64,000 bases of DNA from Candidatus Latescibacterota bacterium (GTDB taxonomy: Bacteria; Latescibacterota; UBA2968): the NCBI GenBank assembly GCA_965198115.1, contig OZ240241.1, positions 480,001-544,000 on the forward strand, in the 5' to 3' direction. The notes below the pieces were generated by a model. That model had not been told where the DNA came from. It made no database searches and saw nothing but the letters and a program-made list of their open reading frames with translations. Position numbers and translations under genes: made by a program. Positions 1-13,591 of this stretch are shown one piece after another. How positions within the stretch are numbered: position 1 is the first letter of the stretch; every line of letters starts with the position of its first letter.

Positions 1-746
1 AGGTCGAGCTCTTGCTGGATCTGTCGAAGACGCGCGAGGACGGGCAGCTCCTCGTGCCCACGCGGATGACGCCCGATGGCTACGGTCGGTGGCGCTTTCC
101 ACTTCGTTCCAGTCGCGCTCCCTGTCACCATCCCTCACCCTCACGTTTTCAGTACTACGACGGTCAGAATCCGGACTGGCCGGTAAAGCGGCTGGAGGCC
201 GAATACCGCTTCGTCTCGGCTATCTACGAACACATGCGCCTTGACACGCGGGACGAGGCTGCCATCGTCAAGGAGAGCCTCTGGCCACCGAATCCGGTTG
301 TTGTGAAGGGTCTGGTCCAGGTGACGATGGGTTCACCACAACCGATCTACAACGGCGGGCTGCTCCGTGCCCAGGTGCGTTATTTCGACGGTGAAAGCGG
401 CCGTCCCGGCTTGCCCGAAGACGTGGCTGCACTGGTCGACGCGCTTGCCTCGGACCGGGTTGGCATCCAGCTTCACAACCTCAGCGGTTCGGAAACCCGA
501 ACGGTCCTGGTCCAGGCCGGAGCGTTCGGCGAGCACGGTTTTCTGGACATTGGGTTCGAGACCGAGAGCCGGGAAGGTCTGGACCGTCACGCTGCCCTGT
601 GGCTCAGAGACCAAAAGCCGTGGACGAAACGCCAGGTCCGGGTGGACGATCGCAGTTTCGCGGTGCGGCTACCTCCCTCGACGAGTATCCGTCTGCGCTG
701 CGGCCTGCGCCGATTCGCACACGATCCCTCTTGCCAGACGGCGTAA
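1..746 (+). CDS. Conserved hypothetical protein, C-terminal part (runs off the window start)
   Basis: Protein-like ORF with motifs NPVVVKGLVQ, PIYNGGLL, RYFD..RPGLPEDVAALV, VQAGAFGEH; no function recognised. Confidence 0.65.
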   Translation, partial: VELLLDLSKTREDGQLLVPTRMTPDGYGRWRFPLRSSRAPCHHPSPSRFQYYDGQNPDWPVKRLEAEYRFVSAIYEHMRLDTRDEAAIVKESLWPPNPVVVKGLVQVTMGSPQPIYNGGLLRAQVRYFDGESGRPGLPEDVAALVDALASDRVGIQLHNLSGSETRTVLVQAGAFGEHGFLDIGFETESREGLDRHAALWLRDQKPWTKRQVRVDDRSFAVRLPPSTSIRLRCGLRRFAHDPSCQTA

Positions 747-982
747 TGCTATGGGATGGGCGTCCTCACAGGTTGAGCTGATCCGCAAAGGCCGCAAGTT
801 GGCCTCAGCCTGTTGGGCTATGGGTTCCAGGGTCTCCGAACTGACTTTTGTCTTCTGAATCCTCTCGTCCTCATTCGTCACCAGACAGAAGTTCAGGTTC
901 TGCCTCCTCTGGCGTACTACAAACGAACACCTGAAACACGCCGCCGCAGGCTCAGTCCACTGTCCACTGTCCACCGAATTGA

Positions 983-1020
983 GAAGGCGCCCCATCGGCA
1001 TTGCCGAGAGGGCGCTTTTT
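983..1020. terminator. Intrinsic terminator-like hairpin
   Basis: aaggcgccc...gggcgctttt stem enclosing tcggca/tgccga, followed by a T-run. Confidence 0.5.
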
Positions 1021-1342
1021 CATAGTCATATGGTGACCCCGAGGGGAGTCGCTTGAAAAGCACCCTTCCGATCGTCCGCATCGAGATCGTCCTGGTCCCT
1101 GGCAGCAATGTGAAACGAGTGACTGAAATCGTCTGGCCCAGCTACTTGTCCCAGGAGAAATCGATCGCCTGATTGCAGAAGCCGAGCGTTGACCCTTGCT
1201 GGGACCAATTTCTGCACACGCTGCCGAACACCCGAAAGAAGATCCCATCAACCTCGAGTCGATGGGATTCCCCAGACGCCGCCTAATCCCCTCCATCAGC
1301 CGCGCTTGCCCGCCGTTCATCGCAATCGCATCTTGGGTTGCG

Positions 1343-4300
1343 ATGCGCACCTATGCCACCATCCTCACACTGCTGCTGACGGTCCCGGCCTACGCCGTGG
1401 ACACGCTCCAGGTCACCACGCCTGATCCACTGACCGAGGCGTGGCGGTGGACGGAGTTCGACCGGAGCAGCGGGCTGGCCGATAGAGTCCGGAACATCTA
1501 CGAGGACCAAGACGGCAACATTTGGTTCGCGACCGGCGAGGGTGTCCAGCGCTACGATGGGCGAACGTGGAGGACCTATACGACCGAGGACGGCTTGGCG
1601 AACGACGTGGCAAGTGCCATAGTGCAGACTCGGGACGGGGCTATGTGGTTCGGGACGACCAACGGCATCAGTCGGTTCGAGCCTGCAAAGGGGGAGGGTC
1701 AGGCCGCCTGGACGACCTACACGGTGGCGGACGGCCTGGCGAGTAACAGGTCATGGTCCTTCCGGGGCCTCTATCAGGCGCGGGACGGCACACTCTGGGC
1801 AGGCAGTTTCAGCGACTCAACAGGCGCCCCTTCGGGAATCAGCCGCTTTGACGGACAGACCTGGGCCACCGTCGATATACCAGGTGACTTCCCCAGGCTT
1901 TCGATAGCCTCCATCTACCAGACATCGGACGGCGACCTCTGGTTCTGGACCGTCGGTCAGGGCGTACTGCGGTTCAATTCGGCAGGCTCGGCCCCGACTG
2001 CCTGGACCCGGTATACCACCGAGAACGGCCTGGTCAGCAACTCGGTGATTGACATCATGGAAGCCGGGTCCGGCAGTCTCTGGTTCGCCGGTGGTCGTGC
2101 GGGTGTCAGCCACTTCGACGAGTCTGGCTGAAAGACGTACGATGAATTTGGCACCGTGATGACGGTAAGCGGGTCAAATGTCCTGCGATTTCAGGGGGGC
2201 AGATGGCAGGTGGTTGCCTTCCCATTCCTCAGTTCTGCTGCCAATGCCCTAATGACTTTGGGTGGCAGAATCTGGATCTGGTCCATTGATGGGACCAAGG
2301 CGCATCTGTTCAGCCCGAAGACCTCGCCGTGGACGGTCTTCGCTGATGCCCCGTCCAGCTCCGTCGTCTCGGACGTACGGGCATCAGACAATCTGTTCGT
2401 TCTGGGTGACGAAGTATGGCTGGGAGGTCCGATGGGGCGGTTCGCTTTGACGGCGGAACGTGGATGAATTACACGTCAGAAGACGGGCTGATCGACGGAC
2501 CCATCACTACGATTCTGAAGGAAAGAAACGGCGCGCTCTGGTTCGCCGGGCAGCATCAGGGCAAGAGTGGTGCGGCCCGCTACGACCGAAGTGGGTGGCG
2601 CGTCTTCGCCGAATCCGATGGGCTTGTCGGCGACAACATCGTAAACGGACTTGCAGCCGACAACGGCGACATCTGGCTCGGCACAAAGAAGGCAGGATCG
2701 GACAGCGGGGTCCTGATGCGCTTCAATGGACGAACCTGGACCGTCTACACCATCGACGATGGCCTCATCCATGACAGAATCTACGGCATCGACCAGACGC
2801 CGGACGGCATCATCTGGATAGGCACGACCCGGGGACTTGGCCGATTCGACCCGGATTCTGGTCAATGGAGCAGCTTTCTGCCCCATCCCGAGTCAAGTCC
2901 AGCAAACCAGAAGGTCCGCACCCTCTCGGCGACCCGCGATGTCTGGATCGGCCAGGCCGCTCGGGACGGGGGCGCGGCGTATCTGGACGGCCAAGCCTTC
3001 AGCTGGTTTACCACCGAAGACGGTCTGGCGGACGACGGCGTTTGGGAAATTTTCCAGAGCCGTGACGGCACCGTCTGGGCAGGCACGAATCAGGGCCTCA
3101 GCCGGTATGACGGCACGGTCTGGACCTCCTACACTGACCCAAGCCTCAGTCCCGTTGCCATCCGGCTGCGAAGCATCGGGGAAACGACGGACGGCACGCT
3201 CTGGATGCGTGGAAGCGGGCCAGGTGGGCCGGTCGTGCGGTATGTCCCTGACAGGAAGGCGCCCGAGACGCGCATCCAGAACCCCGTGGACCGTGTCTCC
3301 TCGCTGGGCAATGTCCACTTTCAGTGGATCGGCGATGACGCTTGGAACGACACGTCGCGCGACCAGCTCCGCTACGAGTTCAGGCTGAACAGCGACGCTT
3401 GGAGCGTCGCGTCCGACCAGACCGCCTTCACCTTCATCTCGCTCTCATTCGGCAGCCACCGTCTCGAAGTTCGCGCTATCGACCACGACGGCAACATCGA
3501 CCCGACCCCTGCCGTGCACGCCTTCGTGGTTGAGGCGCCTTGGTGGCGCAACCCCGTCGTGGCAGGACCTGGCGTGCTGCTCATTTTGGCCGTCCTCTTC
3601 CAGTCGGCGCGTGTGGTGCAGGCCAAGCGCAAGCTCCAGGAGTCGGTAGACGCCCTCTCATCGGCCAACAACGAACTGTTCCAGGTCAACGTGGACCTCC
3701 AGCGGGAGCAGGTGCTGGAGCGGCTGCGTGGTCAGGCGCAGGGGATGCAGACGAGCGGTGACATCGATTCGGTCGTCGAGGCTGTCCACCGTGAGTTGAC
3801 TGGCCTTAGTGCATGGGTTCATAAATATTATTACGTATGTTCTGAACATTATTTGTAGCTTATGTTCTCCTTCAAAAGGAGGAGAACAATGCCAAGACGT
3901 TCGCCTTATGTGGTGCTACTGTCTGAGAAGGAACGGGTCGACCTCGAGCGAATGGCTGGACAATATACGTTACCGTATTATCAAGTGATCCGATCGAAAA
4001 TCGTGCTTCTCGCCGCCGAGGGATTATCCAACAAGATTATCGCCCAACGGTTGGATGTCCCGCGTCCGATCGTAAGCAAATGGCGTAAGCGCTTTTTCGA
4101 AGAGCGTCTTTCGGGACTCGAAGATAGATCTCGTCCCGGGCGCCCGCCCGGTTTTCCCCCCTCAGGTGGTCGTTCAGATCAAGGCGCTGGCGTGTGAACT
4201 ACCGAGCGAGAGCGGGATACCGCTCTCGCGGTTCAGCTGTTCCGAGATTGCCGCCGAGGCAGTGCAAAGGGGCTTCGTTGCCAAGATCAGCGGCGCCACT

Positions 4301-6253
4301 GTCTGGCGCTGGTTGAACGAGGACGCGATTCGTCCTTGGTATCATCGCTCCTGGATTTTCCCACGGGACCCGGACTTCCAAACCAAAGCAGGTAGAGTCC
4401 TTGATCTGTATCACCGCCAATGGCAAGGAAAGCCTTTAGGGCCGAGGGAATATGTACTTTCTGCCGACGAAAAGACCAGTATTCAAGCACGAGCTCGCAA
4501 GCACGTTACCCTACCGCCAGCCTCGAACAGAGCGGCACGCGTTGAAACACGAATACGAGCGGAAAGGAGCCCTGGCCTATCTGGCTGCTCTCGACGTGCA
4601 CAATGGTCGAATCTTCGGTCTCTGTGAGTCTTCTTCGGGTATCGAGCCCTTCAACCGGCTCCTGAGCCTGATCATGAGCCGGAAACCCTATTGCTCGGCA
4701 AAGAAAGTCTACCTCATCGTGGATAATGGCTCCTCGCACCGAGGGCAAACATGCATCGACCGTATCCAGGGGAAGTGGCCAAACATCCACCCCGTTCACC
4801 TTCCGATCCACGCAAGCTGGCTCAATCAGATCGAGATCTACTTCTCGATCCTCAAACGCAAGGCTCTGACACCTATCGAATTTGCATCGCTCGAAGAGCT
4901 TGAGGCAAGAATCCTCGGTTTTCAGGAACGCTACGGACGTATCGCCACACCCTTCAAATGGAAGTTCACACGAACAGATCTCGCGGAGATGATCGACAAA
5001 CTCAGGTTCTACGATACGCCCTTGGCAAAGTCTGCTTAGAATACGTCACCGTATTTGCGAACAGGAGTAATAAGCCTACCCGTATTCAGTTCGGGATTGG
5101 GCATCTACCGTTCAGGCGTCTATCGTTCGGAGTTGGATGTAGAAGCCTGGGTCATCACACCAGATGGTCTCGCGACCAGGCCAAAGAGAGACGACTGGGT
5201 CGACACCGAGGCTCTGGAGGCTCAACAGCGTGGCGACTTCTACCTGCACCGACCTACCGAAGGGCAAGAAGCCAGGACCGTCATAAGAGAGCTACTCGCC
5301 ACCGGTCGAGCGCTGAAGTGGAAGGACGTGCCAGAAGAGCGGTGGCCCGAGCGAGTGGATCACTATCATGTCTATTTTGACGGTGGCCGAGTGGGCTTCT
5401 CGGCGACTGAACCGATAGCCGAGGAGTATCTGGCCCTGATCAGGCGGTTCGGCGAAGTCTTCGGGTTCGCCCACTCACGCTGGGAAGAACTGAAGCAGAA
5501 GGAAGCATATCTGCAGGTGACGGAGGCCGAACTCCAAACTGCCCACGATATGCAGATGGGGCTGATGCCCATTTCCCCGCCATCGGTTGAAGGGTTCGAT
5601 GTTACGGGTCGGTGTGTGGCAGCTAACCACGTGGGCGGTGACCTGTTCCAATATTTCCGATCAGGAAAGTCGCTGTCAATCGCCCTGGCTGACGTGACAG
5701 GTAAGGCAATGGACGCGGCGTTCCCCGTCGTGATGTTTGGCGGAATCCTCGACAACCAGATGGAACAGGCACCTCCCCTTGAGGAGCTATTCCCGAGGCT
5801 CAATAGTTCACTCCACCGGTCCCTCGATTCGCGCACATTCATCTGTTTTGAAATGGCGGAAATCGATACAGAGTCAGGGACCGTCAGATATTCCAACGGG
5901 GGCCTACCTTACCCCTACCACTTCCACGACGGCGAAGTCTCCGAACTCCAAGTTGACACCTATCCTCTCGGAGTGCGTCCCGATACGGAATACGACGTCA
6001 TAGAACGCCAGCTGGCAGAAGGTGACTACCTGGTTATCTGCTCCGACGGCTTCGCAGAGGCAGAGAATGAAGACGGTGAACATTTGGCTATGAGCGGATG
6101 TCCGAGGCCGTGAAGAACGCGTGTGGCGAAGGGATGTCTGCCGAAGGCGTCATCGACCATCTCATCGCAGCTGTGAATGACTTCGGAGCTGGCACGGTAC
6201 AGAGCGATGATATGACCTGTGTTGTCGCTAAGGTTACGGGGAGAAGAGAATAA
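1343..6253 (+). pseudogene. Beta-propeller sensor / TM / SpoIIE (PP2C) phosphatase, inactivated
   Basis: Signal peptide; two-component-regulator propeller repeats (DGNIWFAT, YTTEDGL); Ig-like domain; TM; PP2C motifs VGGDLF, LADVTG, ICSDG, DDMT. Lesions: in-frame TGA 2129-2131, frameshift ~2430, IS630 at 3809-5070 (LTGL|SLPVF), frameshift ~6085. Confidence 0.85.
3809..5070 (+). mobile_element. IS630-family element type A, copy 1 (1262 bp)
   Basis: HTH + DDE (ADEK, VDNGSSH, SWLNQIE) over three frames; TTTTCCCCCC slippery site; near-identical to 44812-46073; flanks TTA/TAA. Confidence 0.92.
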
Positions 6254-6280
6254 GGCTTAACGGCTTGAGCACTTTTCATG

Positions 6281-6423
6281 GGGGCACAGGACTTGGGCTG
6301 TCGATTACGAAGAAGTTTGCGGAGCTGCTGCGCGGGACGATTGGCGTGGAGAGCGAGGTAGGCAAGGGCAGCACGTTTACGGTGCGGGTGCCGGCCGGTT
6401 ATCAGCCGCCCGAGTTGGCTTGA
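6281..6423 (+). pseudogene. Histidine kinase HATPase_c C-terminal remnant
   Basis: Translates [37 protein letters not shown]...stop with no 5' part. Confidence 0.8.
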
Positions 6424-6465
6424 TTCAGCATTCTCTCAGAAACATATTGGAACACGGATCGAAAA

Positions 6466-6510
6466 GGAAAACCTGCTGAAAAGCAGGGGACGCAAAGGAG
6501 CGGGTCCTCG
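6466..6510 (+). promoter_or_regulatory. c-di-GMP-I (GEMM) riboswitch-like aptamer, probably truncated
   Basis: GGAAAACCTGCT-GAAA-AGCAGGGGACGCAAAG-GAGCGGGTCC matches the P2/junction pattern; 3' half of P3 not recognisable. Confidence 0.45.
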
Positions 6511-6641
6511 TCAGACCGACCTCGTGAGGGGAAAATTGGTTCTATGCCTCCTAACTCATCAGAAGGGGGCCTGTAGGGCGCACCGGCGGTGGTTAGGTTT
6601 ACCTACTCCCTTGGGTAGCTTTGGGTTTTATTGGACAAAAA

Positions 6642-8061
6642 GGCTATATCCGGATCTCTCAACGAGATGAAGTGGGTGAAGGTGCCGTGGTTCCTGGCAT
6701 GGGGGCGCGGTTAGCGTGTGCGGAACCTCTTCGGAATCTGCTCAGGGATGTTTATGTCTCCGACGGTAAGGAAGATCATATCGTTGAATGCGTCGAGTGT
6801 GCGGAATCCGCTGGCTCGGTTCTTGACGATTTGGACGATTCGGTTGAGGCCTTCGGCGATGGCGTTGGTAAGACGCGTGTTCACGAATGCGAGGACGCCG
6901 AAGAAGTGCTGTCGCAGGGTCCTGACGAACTTTCGCAGGGGTTCAAGTCGACTTCTGAGTGCGGACGTCGTCCAGCATTTCAGGAAGCGTTCGGCAGCCC
7001 AGGGCGCTTTGTATTCCCAGAACTGCTCGAACTCGTCCTTGAGTCTCCAGGCTCTATAGATTCGGTAGTTCGCCTTCTCCAGTGCTTTGAGTGTCCGAGT
7101 ATCCCCTCTGGAGCGTGTCGCTGAGTGCCGGTAGAGGAGCCATCGGAGGCCCTTCATGGCTTTGCGCTCATCCGGGGCAGCTTTACGCCACTGGTCCTTA
7201 CGGACCTCGTCAACGGCGGCATTGAGAGCCTTGACGATGTGAAAGCGATCGAGGACCAGCTTGGCATTCGGACAGTGTTCCTGGATGGCTCCGATGTAAG
7301 CTTCGCTCATGTCGCAGCAGGCCCACTCGATCTTGGATCTCCGGTAGGGACTGAGAGCCTCTGTGAAGAACCGATCGATCGTTTTACGCGCCCTGCCGCG
7401 GCCAACCCACACCACGCAGGAGCGGTCCAGATCGTAAACGAGCGTGGCGTACCTGTGACGCTTGGCGTAGGAGATCTCGTCGATCCCGATGGTTTTGAGC
7501 CCTCGGATACGATGACCTTCACGAAGCCGCGTGATGGATCGGTGAAGGAGATCCGACAGCGTCGAGGCAGAGATGCGCAGTAACTCGGACGCCGCCTTCT
7601 GCGTCATGGTCTGGCAGTAGCGCAGCATGGCATACTCGAAGCGATACGTCACCCGAGAGAACCGCTCCGCCCACGGAATCTCCTCGACCACACGACCGTG
7701 GGTAGGACACCGAATCTCCCGAGGATGGTAGAGAAGCCAGACCCTCCACCCGCACACCGGAATGTCACGCCACCGACGCGGATGGGGCATTGTGCGGACG
7801 ATTTTACCTCGACGGCCGCACTCCGGACAACAACAACCATTCTTATGTGGCTTTACGGCGATGACGAAGCAGCTTCTCCCCTCAAACCACCAGCTGACAA
7901 CACGGAACCCCTTGAATCTCAGCAGTTTCGATAGTAATCTGCTCCCGGTCATAGGTCGCACCCCCTTCGCTTTGATTGTCCTACACACACAACCAAGCGT
8001 AGGGAACGATCTATGACCTTGTCATTCTATAGTTTCACCGTTGAGAAACCCGGATAGAGCC
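6642..8061 (-). mobile_element. ISL3-family element, copy 1
   Basis: TIRs ggctctatccgggtttctcaacg / ggctatatccggatctctcaacg; A-rich target. Confidence 0.95.
6711..7988 (-). CDS. ISL3 transposase
   Basis: CPECG zinc finger, IGIDE, CDMS, DRFH, TNAIAEGLN; likely start ATG 7952. Confidence 0.95.
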   Translation of the reverse strand: MCRTIKAKGVRPMTGSRLLSKLLRFKGFRVVSWWFEGRSCFVIAVKPHKNGCCCPECGRRGKIVRTMPHPRRWRDIPVCGWRVWLLYHPREIRCPTHGRVVEEIPWAERFSRVTYRFEYAMLRYCQTMTQKAASELLRISASTLSDLLHRSITRLREGHRIRGLKTIGIDEISYAKRHRYATLVYDLDRSCVVWVGRGRARKTIDRFFTEALSPYRRSKIEWACCDMSEAYIGAIQEHCPNAKLVLDRFHIVKALNAAVDEVRKDQWRKAAPDERKAMKGLRWLLYRHSATRSRGDTRTLKALEKANYRIYRAWRLKDEFEQFWEYKAPWAAERFLKCWTTSALRSRLEPLRKFVRTLRQHFFGVLAFVNTRLTNAIAEGLNRIVQIVKNRASGFRTLDAFNDMIFLTVGDINIPEQIPKRFRTR

Positions 8062-8226
8062 AAAAAAAAAAGCGCAGTCTTGACAACTTTCATTGTGTCT
8101 TTTGTTTTCCTGGGCCTTACCTATCTCTTGTTCAACACCGAGTGGCAAATCATCGGCTATGTCACCGGTTTCTGGGGATTGACAGGAATCGCTTATGGCT
8201 TAGCGGAGATATACAAGGCTCTCTGA
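8062..8226 (+). pseudogene. Small membrane protein C-terminus, split by ISL3
   Basis: Two hydrophobic segments; YLLPWVALGFIGQK left of the IS appears to continue into KSAVLTTFIV. Confidence 0.45.
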
Positions 8227-8313
8227 CGAACCCAAGCCAAAATACCGCTCAGTAGAAAGTAATAGAATCAGGCCCCGGTGGTAGACGTACCGATCACTCG
8301 GTGGCCAGGCTTG

Positions 8314-9701
8314 GGTCAAGTCCCATAGTCAGTTGAAACTCATCGGGCTCCGTGGTATTCATGCTCTCTGCCGAGCATCTTGATTGTCGCCGAGATTCAG
8401 GTTGTTTTTCAGTGCTTGCCTGAGCAGCGGGAGGTGTTTGTATCCGCTCACGCGTCGCAGGCGTGGTTCGATGTCGAGGAGTGCGGCCGCGACCCATCTG
8501 TGTCGCTGAGGAGAGTTGTTCCAGCGGTTGACCTTCCGTATCAGGTTGCCGGTCATGCTGTTGAGCGCCTCGATGCAATTGGTGGTTCGGAAGCTTCGCT
8601 TCAAGAACGGGAGCATCCCCAGCCGGTGGAGGGTCAGGGTTTCCTCCAGTCCTTCCTCGAGGCTTGCCACGGCAGACTGATTCATCAGCTTGAGTTCGGG
8701 TTTGAGTGATTCGAGTGCGGCCTTTGCCTCCTCGTAGGTGTCGCAGTCATAGGCTTTCTGAAGTTTCCGTCGAACTCTTGGACGTTCTGCCTCCGGGAGG
8801 TAGCTGACGACGTTCTCGCGCTTGTGCCACTGACAGCGATGCACGCACACATCCCCTTTGAGGGCTTTGGTGACGGCACTGCGGAGTCCCTTTGAGCCGT
8901 CCAGCACAACGAGAAGGCCCTGGTCGTAGCACAGGCCTCTCCGGATGAGATCCTGGATCAGCTGACGGCAGATCCGTTCGTTCTCCGTCGCCGATTCGAC
9001 GAAGCCCAGGGGGATCTTCTGGCCGTCCGTCGTGACGCCCGGAGCGATCACGATCTCTTCGTCGGCAAAGCTCTTTCCGTCGATGAACAGGGCGACCAAG
9101 TCGTAGTCGTCGAGCGGTCGTTCCTGGAACTGCTTCAGCTTCTTTGCGGTGGCTTTGATGAACCGTCGCGAGACGGAGGATGCCGAGATTCCGAACGCTT
9201 CGGGTACCGACTCTGCACAGGCTCTGTAGTTGCGACAGGAGATTCCCTTGAGCACACGAAGCAGCAGCTTCTCATCCATCGCTCTGGGCCTCTGCATCCC
9301 CCGGTATGCGGCCAGAGAAACCTCCGTATCGGACTCGACGTCGCGCACACGGGGAACGGCCACCGGCAGCTTCTGGTCCATCAGATACACGGACCCTTTC
9401 TGGCTTCCCCATCGACGATGCGACTGCTCTGAACCCTTACGCGCATACCGAACGCCTGCGAGCTGCTCCACCTCCTGCTGGAGCACGTCGGCAACGGCCT
9501 CCAGACCCAGCGGAATCAGCGCCCGGATCACCGATAAACGCGTCTCCAAATCCATAACGTCTGACCCAACCTTGACTTCGCCATCCCCTGCAAATAGCTT
9601 CTCCATCGTGGGCTCCTTTCTTACGGGTACACGCTCTCACACGTCTACCCACAACGTAAGTTTGGAGCCCTTTAAGTTTCAACTAGGATAGGGACCTCAC
9701 C
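8314..9701 (-). mobile_element. IS256-family element type A
   Basis: TIRs ggtcaagtccc..gttgaaact / ggtgaggtccc..gttgaaact; 8-bp TSD caggcttg at 8306-8313 and 9702-9709. Confidence 0.95.
8359..9606 (-). CDS. IS256 transposase
   Basis: FIDG, VLDG, RCQWHK, RTTNCIE motifs. Confidence 0.95.
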   Translation of the reverse strand: MEKLFAGDGEVKVGSDVMDLETRLSVIRALIPLGLEAVADVLQQEVEQLAGVRYARKGSEQSHRRWGSQKGSVYLMDQKLPVAVPRVRDVESDTEVSLAAYRGMQRPRAMDEKLLLRVLKGISCRNYRACAESVPEAFGISASSVSRRFIKATAKKLKQFQERPLDDYDLVALFIDGKSFADEEIVIAPGVTTDGQKIPLGFVESATENERICRQLIQDLIRRGLCYDQGLLVVLDGSKGLRSAVTKALKGDVCVHRCQWHKRENVVSYLPEAERPRVRRKLQKAYDCDTYEEAKAALESLKPELKLMNQSAVASLEEGLEETLTLHRLGMLPFLKRSFRTTNCIEALNSMTGNLIRKVNRWNNSPQRHRWVAAALLDIEPRLRRVSGYKHLPLLRQALKNNLNLGDNQDARQRA

Positions 9702-9710
9702 CAGGCTTGA

Positions 9711-12014
<2,304 letters not shown>

Positions 12015-12190
12015 GCTCGGCGAGGTGCTCGTAACGGTCGTCTCCTGTTGCGTCCACCAAGCCGAGGTAACTGCAGACCGCAAAGGCATCAGTCCACAGA
12101 TACCGCTGCGGATAGGAAGAATACACGGGGTCTTCTCCTTCTGAGGCAAGGGTAGCTGGGTCCTGAGCATCCACTTCGAGAACGGGATAT
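12015..12190 (-). pseudogene. Fragment of a conserved hypothetical protein (RYLWTDAFAVC motif)
   Basis: PQRYLWTDAFAVCSYLGL motif, truncated at the katG stop. Confidence 0.45.
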
Positions 12191-12304
12191 CATGCTCTAC
12201 CAGGTATTCGAGATGCTTCGTGCTCAGCATGAGCCCAACCGATGCGGCCACGTGAATACGAACGGGTGGGGCACCCGCAGGAGGCGTCGTGGGAACCGAT
12301 TCCA

Positions 12305-12790
12305 TGACCCGCGAGGAGCTGATTCAAGCGCGGGAGACGGCCCGGACGGGAGAAGAAATCATCCGGGCGGTGGCGGATCGAGCACGCGAACGCGCACGAT
12401 GGCACGGCCTGCCCCCCGGACCGAATCCCGACCGAGGCGGCCCTGGCGGCCTGGCTGCCCGGACGAGGCGAAGCGCGAGGCGGCCCGGCTGGCCCGCGAC
12501 CTGTTCGAAGACGTGTCGCTCTCGAATCTGATCCGCGTGGCTACGGCGGTCCATCGAAGCGCGGCAAATGCGGATGGGATCGACCCGGAGCCCATCACCG
12601 ATAATGAGTCACTGGAACGGCTGCCCGGGCTGATCGAAGGCCATCAGACCCGATGCAACTGACCGACGAGCATTACGCGGCAGCGGTGATTATCCACGAG
12701 TGTGAGCTCGCAGGAATCCCGGTCAAGGAGATGGCGAGCAGGATTGGGGTGTCCCGCCAAACATTATATAACTGGTTTCGCGATCCTCAG
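12305..12790 (+). pseudogene. Phage-like gene remnants including an HTH protein
   Basis: Frameshifted ORF overlapping a second ORF MQLTDEH...KEMASRIGVSRQTLYNWFRDP (HTH), then an abrupt GC drop. Confidence 0.4.
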
Positions 12791-13440
12791 CACACTCGCT
12801 TGCAAAACGCCTCAAAGCTGTATTCCGGGGAAACCAGACTGATCATCGCTAATATTTTCCTTCGTCCTAATGCCTTGAGAAAAAGGAAACGCCGAGCATC
12901 TCGAACCTGAGACACTCGGCGCAATTTCGTAGGCCGAACACCCCAGGCTGCGCATCCATACCGAAGTCGTATGAAGTCCGGGCCTTTCAGCGACCGGAAC
13001 CATAGTGTCCGGCGATAATGAATGCGCACGAGTAAGTTACCTTTGGGAGGTGACGTGGACAAGAAGTGGGATGTGCGGAGCAGGAAAGAAAGCTGAAAGA
13101 AGTGATCACCAGTTGGTATGGCCTTGAACGACCTTTTCACGTCGTCTCGGTTGGGTCATCCACGGAGCGGTGGCGTAAGGAGTCTGAATCGTTGAACTTG
13201 GGTTTCGACTCTGTCGCCAACCCGTCTGGCGTCTTTCTTGCAATACGGTCCGGCGAGAGGAGGCCAGCGATGGACGCACAACAGACCCTACAGAAGCAAT
13301 TGCTTGAGGATCTCGCACGACTCCACCACCTGATCATTCGTTACGCGAACGGGGATAGGCCGGTCAAGGTTGAGCGGTATCAACTTGAAGGTGCTGTGTC
13401 TGTGAAGATGGCGCTTTGGCGCGGTTGCCTGGATCGAGGC

Positions 13441-13469
13441 TTGACACACAGGGATAGGTGAGGTATCGT
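13441..13469 (+). promoter_or_regulatory. Sigma70-like promoter
   Basis: TTGACA-17 nt-TATCGT. Confidence 0.5.
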
Positions 13470-13591
13470 GAGGATACAGAGGGGCGCACTTTCTGGGGCC
13501 AACTGGCCCATTGGGGAAGTGCGCCCTTTTGCGTATGTGGCAAAGTCAGGAGGAAGTAATGTGCAGATTTGCTCTTGTGTCAGCCACCGTC

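Noticed and set aside
1140-1290. Abi-family C-terminal remnant (INLESMGFP)
   Set aside because: Motif too short and interrupted by stops to support a call
2129-2131. TGA-to-Trp recoding or selenocysteine
   Set aside because: TGA terminates many genes here (katG, smpB) and this gene has other lesions
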